From Candidatus Heimdallarchaeota archaeon (GTDB lineage Archaea; Asgardarchaeota; Heimdallarchaeia; Heimdallarchaeales; Heimdallarchaeaceae): a DNA stretch of 10,756 nt. The stretch spans positions 1-10,756 of the forward strand of contig DAOVET010000088.1 in assembly GCA_030668825.1 (NCBI GenBank), given 5' to 3'. A program made the translations under genes and the position numbers. This document shows positions 6,816 to 10,756 of this stretch, piece by piece. Each line of letters begins with the position of its first letter. Within the stretch, counting starts at the first letter, position 1. The notes beneath the pieces are model-generated. The model was not told the origin of the DNA. It did no database searches and saw nothing but the letters and a program-made list of their open reading frames with translations.

Positions 6816-7649
6816 TCAATACTGCACTTTGCATTCCTTTGATTTTAGTAGTTCAATCCACAATTCTTGCTGTTCATTCAACTTGAATGGATTCTTTGCA
6901 TCTTTGCTATTAATTCCTAATTTCTGAAGATTCTGTAATTTGGTTAAGTTGTTAGGAAGTTTTTTAATCGGATTATTGAAAAACTGTAGTTCTCTGAGAT
7001 TTGTTAAATTTCCTATACTATCAGGTAGGAACTCAAGTTGATTTTCTTGCACCCAGAGTTTTTCTAAATTTAGAAGATTCCCTATTGATTCTGGAAGTTC
7101 TTCTAGATGATTTTTCCAAACACCTAATTGTTGAAGACCTATCATTTCACCAATACTTTCTGGAAATTCTCTCAATTGAATATTATATAACCCAAATTTG
7201 TATAATTTCTTTAATTGACCAATACTTTGTGGAAGAAAATTGATTTGGTTAACAGATAAGTCAACGCTTTGAAGTTCTTTTAAATCACCAAAATTTTCAG
7301 GAAGTGTTTCTATTTGATTATTAAAAACATCTAAAAATTCTAATTTATTTAACTTCCCAATAGATTGTGGTAAGGATTTTAGTTGGTTATCTCGTAAGAA
7401 TAATTTCTTAAGATTACTCAGATCTGAAATACATTCAGGGAAGGTTTCTAATCCTTTCTTCCATAAACTTAATTTTGTTATTCTATTATTTTCAAAGGAA
7501 AACCCATAATTGTACATCGCAGCACTCTTAACATTGGGTATTTCTTCCCCAATAATTTCCTCTAATTCTTGTAGAACCTGCACTCCTTTTGCTGCTAATT
7601 TCATTCCTCTGAAACTAATTAATTCCTGATTTTCTTTTTCCTGATTCAA
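6816..7649 (-). CDS. Leucine-rich repeat protein (about 8 repeats of 23 aa), no signal peptide
   Basis: Repeats of LxxLPxSIGxLxxLxxLxLxxNQ; N-cap LQELEEIIGEEIP...GFSFENNRITKLSL; TTG start. Confidence 0.93.
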   Translation of the reverse strand: MNQEKENQELISFRGMKLAAKGVQVLQELEEIIGEEIPNVKSAAMYNYGFSFENNRITKLSLWKKGLETFPECISDLSNLKKLFLRDNQLKSLPQSIGKLNKLEFLDVFNNQIETLPENFGDLKELQSVDLSVNQINFLPQSIGQLKKLYKFGLYNIQLREFPESIGEMIGLQQLGVWKNHLEELPESIGNLLNLEKLWVQENQLEFLPDSIGNLTNLRELQFFNNPIKKLPNNLTKLQNLQKLGINSKDAKNPFKLNEQQELWIELLKSKECKVQY

Positions 7650-7771
7650 TTAAATCAGAAGATTTAGACGAAAAGACACCTATAAATCTATTCTCCAAGT
7701 GTGAAGAATTTGTAAGGATTATTTCTCTTTGATTTCTATATAATCCATTGTTATTGAGGTTCGCGTTTCAA

Positions 7772-8464
7772 TTATGTAACCAAAAATTTCCACTTCTTCC
7801 TTTCTACTTTTTTTCTTATTTTATCTATTTTGAATGGTTTTCCATGTGCGGGATATACTTTTTTTGCTCCCTCTTCGATTATCTTCTTCCAACTAGGAAT
7901 CAACAAATTAAAATCAGCTGCTATGATTGGTAATCTAGGAACTATTCTTATAGGGAAACCCATTGCAGAATCACCAACAAAGACATTACCATTTTTATCA
8001 ATTGCAGAAATTGAACAAAGAGTGTGTCCTGGTGTATGTATGACTCTTATATCAGTCCCATATTCCTCAAATGTATAGGTGTCGTCGACTATTATGTCTG
8101 GTGTAACTGGATGATATACCTGAGCTTTATCCAGTTTTCTTCTGATTAGAGAATTGAACCGCTTTATCTTAATTCCAACGAATGCATTTTTACCTTGTTT
8201 AAGAAGATCAACAGCATTTTTATGAGCAATAACTTGTGCCCCAGTTATCTTCTGTATCTCTGCTAAACATCCTGCATGATCAAAATGGGCATGTGTTATA
8301 ACTATGTACTTTATCTTATCAGGAGAAATGTTATAATCGTCAAGAATTCTTAAAAATTTCTTGGTTTTTTTGCTAGTACCAACGTCAATTAGAATATATT
8401 CATCAGATACTCTTAACAAGAAAGTATTTGTAAACCCAAGCTTAATTCTGATAATTTCGTCCAT
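7772..8464 (-). CDS. MBL-fold metallo-hydrolase (glyoxalase II-like)
   Basis: LIDVG, THAHFDHAG (HxHxDH), HTPGHT, FVGD and YPAHG metal-ligand motifs. Confidence 0.93.
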   Translation of the reverse strand: MDEIIRIKLGFTNTFLLRVSDEYILIDVGTSKKTKKFLRILDDYNISPDKIKYIVITHAHFDHAGCLAEIQKITGAQVIAHKNAVDLLKQGKNAFVGIKIKRFNSLIRRKLDKAQVYHPVTPDIIVDDTYTFEEYGTDIRVIHTPGHTLCSISAIDKNGNVFVGDSAMGFPIRIVPRLPIIAADFNLLIPSWKKIIEEGAKKVYPAHGKPFKIDKIRKKVERKKWKFLVT

Positions 8465-8587
8465 TATGTCAGCTAGATGTTGACTTCCATATATTTATTT
8501 TCTTCTAGAAGAAAGAAAAAAGTAGAAAGAAATCATTACAATCCTGCGATTAATTTAGATATTTAAGAATATTTTATAGTTTGAATT

Positions 8588-8600
8588 AAAAAAAGGAAAA
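8588..8600 (-). terminator. Putative oligo-T archaeal terminator
   Basis: Minus strand TTTTCCTTTTTTT immediately after the stop codon at 8602. Confidence 0.45.
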
Positions 8601-8601
8601 T

Positions 8602-8808
8602 TTAAGGTCTGATAAAAGCTTGTCTCATTCGCTGTCGAAGTGTTTCTCTTTTGGTTACTTCTTCAGCATCATCTAGTTGATTTATAGGATTCTTAGCATT
8701 TTTCTCCATTTCCACTTTATGCTTTCTATAATAAGTCCTATAATTAATTAGCAAAACTAGTAGAAAGAAGAAAGTGATTACGATTATACTTATAATCCAT
8801 CCATTCAT
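8602..8808 (-). CDS. Small single-pass membrane protein, hypothetical
   Basis: ATG start, about 19 hydrophobic residues followed by a basic YRTYYRKHK segment and a charged tail; fills an otherwise empty gap and is followed by a T-tract. Confidence 0.7.
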   Translation of the reverse strand: MNGWIISIIVITFFFLLVLLINYRTYYRKHKVEMEKNAKNPINQLDDAEEVTKRETLRQRMRQAFIRP

Positions 8809-8903
8809 TTCTATTTAATGATTCCATTCTTAAATTAAAAATCTTTGGAAAATAATTTTAGAATGGTTTAAGAACAAGATTTTCCAATATAATATGATTC
8901 ACA

Positions 8904-9350
8904 ATGTTTGATAAACTAACAAAAGAAGATTTTAGATATTTTTTAATTAATGCTAAAAGAGATATTTCTTATATTTTGGATATTTTAGATGATGAAGAAG
9001 CATTAAATATTTTGGCTTATCTTCATTATGAACCAGCAGATTTCAAGAAATTAAGAAAATTCTTTGCGTTGGTAGAGAAAGACCGTTTATCAAGTTACAT
9101 AACAAATCTATGGGATTTTGGGATAATCGAGTTAGACAAAAATAACAAATATAGTATATCTAAACTAGGTAAAAGATTTCTAGAAGTAACGATTCAGCTG
9201 GTATTTGAGGCTCTTTTGAGTCATGAAATAACAGATCCAAAAATGAAGAAAATACTTATTCAAAAAATAGGGGAGAAAGAACTGGCACAATTCAAAAAAG
9301 ATAGGCAAGAAAACAAAGCTAAAGGTTTGCAGTTAGGATTAAGAGCGTAA
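8904..9350 (+). CDS. Winged helix-turn-helix protein, putative transcriptional regulator (ArsR/HxlR-like)
   Basis: ILDILDDEEALNILAYL...ADFKKLRK...LSSYITNLWDFGIIE...KYSISKLGKRFL fits the wHTH helix-wing pattern; it is the only intact plus-strand gene. Confidence 0.75.
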   Translation: MFDKLTKEDFRYFLINAKRDISYILDILDDEEALNILAYLHYEPADFKKLRKFFALVEKDRLSSYITNLWDFGIIELDKNNKYSISKLGKRFLEVTIQLVFEALLSHEITDPKMKKILIQKIGEKELAQFKKDRQENKAKGLQLGLRA

Positions 9351-9380
9351 TTCTGTTATGCTCTATCTATATGTTGAAAT

Positions 9381-9566
9381 CTAATTTGATCGAATTTTTC
9401 TCCTAAAGACAACTAGAGTAATTAGAACGATTATAGCAGACAAGTAGGTTATTGGATTGTTAGCTTTTCGATTCAAATCAAGGTATAATTCTTCATAAGA
9501 ATCCATATCATAAGTGTCTATTTGGTGTTCTTTCCACCCTTCTCCTATAGAATGGCCTTTAATCAA
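9381..9566 (-). CDS. Short ORF ending in a membrane anchor with basic tail; possibly a C-terminal relic of a surface-protein gene
   Basis: ...KANNPITYLSAIIVLITLVVFRRKIRSN*; no signal peptide; the frame stays open upstream to a TAA at 9606..9608. Confidence 0.45.
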   Translation of the reverse strand: MIKGHSIGEGWKEHQIDTYDMDSYEELYLDLNRKANNPITYLSAIIVLITLVVFRRKIRSN

Positions 9567-9642
9567 AGCAACCCCTACTTTAATCTTATCAGATGAAAAA
9601 CATATTTAAAATAATCTTTACTACAAAAGAAGGAAATAGTGT

Positions 9643-10215
9643 TCAATCTGAAACTATATCTCTATTCACTTTTCCATCAATTACTGTACCCCATGCACAG
9701 AATTTGAGTTTCTTCCATCTTGGAAACAATTCTTCTTTTTCTAGTCCCAAAAGTTCTCCAAAAAAAAGAGTTAAAACGATTCCATGACTGACAATGAAGA
9801 TTTTTTTATTAGAATAGGTATTTTCTATTCGCGATATTCCCCTTTTGAATCTTCCTAGTGCTCCCTCAGCAGTTTCCCATCCAAAACTACATTCTGATGG
9901 GTTATCGAAAATTCTCCAGACTTTTGTTTCATAATCTTCTTGAGTCTCAATAACTTCCTCCCCCCTATCTAATTCCTTTAGATTAGGATTTAAGTTAATT
10001 TCCTTCTCTATTCTTTCTGACAAGTAAAAGGCTGTTTGAATCGCTTTCTTTTCTGAGGAAGAAATTATTACATCTACATCGTCAAATTTCCCTAAGGAAA
10101 CTACATTACATATTTCTTCTATTCCTTTATCTGATATTACCCATTTCTCTGCTGGCAGCTCCTTATCTATTGTTGTTAGAGCATGTCTCAAGAAAACATA
10201 TGTGTTGTTCATCAA
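9643..10215 (-). CDS. Histidine phosphatase (phosphoglycerate mutase-like) family protein
   Basis: VFLRHALT (RHG-type phosphohistidine motif), SSSEKKAIQTA, LKELDRG, WETAE and IVSHG; the start is TTG 10215 or ATG 10212. Confidence 0.9.
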   Translation of the reverse strand: MMNNTYVFLRHALTTIDKELPAEKWVISDKGIEEICNVVSLGKFDDVDVIISSSEKKAIQTAFYLSERIEKEINLNPNLKELDRGEEVIETQEDYETKVWRIFDNPSECSFGWETAEGALGRFKRGISRIENTYSNKKIFIVSHGIVLTLFFGELLGLEKEELFPRWKKLKFCAWGTVIDGKVNRDIVSD

Positions 10216-10271
10216 ATCAGTTTCTTTTCTAGAGTGGTTCTATAAAAAAATTATGAAAAAGAGAGAAGAAA

Positions 10272-10756
10272 TTAGAGTGATTGTTCATATAACTGAACCA
10301 ATCTGTCTCTGACTATATCACTTCTATATTCTGGCAAAATGGTTGGAGAATATCTTTTGTCTTTAAGATTTAAAGCATCAAGAGCTTTAATTGATTTATG
10401 AACATGGGCGAGTGTAAGTTTTCCTACCGTACTCTTTTTCTTGTATTCATTAGCTGCTGTAATTCCTGCTCTTCTTCCAAATACATTTATTTCTAAAAGA
10501 GAATTACCCATGAGACGATTCTTACCATGAACACCACCTGAGATTTCTCCTGCAGCTAACAACCCCTTGAGAGATGTATAGGCGTTCTCGTCAAGTTCAA
10601 CTCCACCATTTTGATAATGTAAGGTTGGATAAACAAGAATTGGGTCCTCGGTGATATCAATGTCAAATCTATTCATCATTCTATACATTGCACTAAGATT
10701 TTTCAAAATTGTCCCTTTTCCTTTAATTTCCTCTAATAGAGGGCTATCTAACCATA
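10272..10756 (-). CDS. FAD-binding flavoprotein of the succinate dehydrogenase/fumarate reductase/L-aspartate oxidase family (5' part outside the window)
   Basis: VYPTLHYQNGGV, GLLAAGEISGGVHGKNRLMGNSLLEINVFGRRAG; the frame is open to the right edge (WLDSPLLEEIKGKGTILKN...), so the ORF-track start at 10706 is an artefact. Confidence 0.9.
   Translation of the reverse strand, partial: WLDSPLLEEIKGKGTILKNLSAMYRMMNRFDIDITEDPILVYPTLHYQNGGVELDENAYTSLKGLLAAGEISGGVHGKNRLMGNSLLEINVFGRRAGITAANEYKKKSTVGKLTLAHVHKSIKALDALNLKDKRYSPTILPEYRSDIVRDRLVQLYEQSL

Noticed and set aside
7772-8464. Metallo-beta-lactamase antibiotic resistance gene
   Set aside because: No signal peptide; the motifs fit generic cytoplasmic glyoxalase II-like MBL hydrolases.
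6417-9787. Plus-strand ORFs 6417..6770, 7001..7243, 7748..7933, 7830..8078 and 9593..9787
   Set aside because: They overlap well-supported minus-strand genes in antisense and lack motifs.

Overview
AT-rich archaeal window, most consistent with an Asgard (Heimdallarchaeia-like) genome; this is inferred from gene content, TTG starts and TATA/BRE-like boxes about 25-35 nt from start codons. Almost all genes are on the minus strand. In transcription order (right to left): the 3' end of a succinate dehydrogenase/fumarate reductase/L-aspartate oxidase-type flavoprotein, a histidine phosphatase, a short membrane-anchor ORF or relic, a plus-strand winged-helix protein divergent from a small membrane protein, an MBL-fold hydrolase, a 23-residue LRR protein, an NTF2/SnoaL protein, two tandem membrane-anchored NosD-type beta-helix paralogs, and an overlapping trio of COG2521-type methyltransferase, isochorismatase-family hydrolase and a thioredoxin-reductase-like flavoprotein lacking CxxC. 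The most notable structure is the paralog pair: diverged bodies, but a 41-aa identical C-terminal block (62 bp perfect DNA identity) and a shared ~62-bp upstream element. An unannotated PD40/TolB-type propeller gene relic sits next to the pair. I found no CRISPR array, RNA gene, transposase or reverse transcriptase, and I cannot claim a clearly new system.
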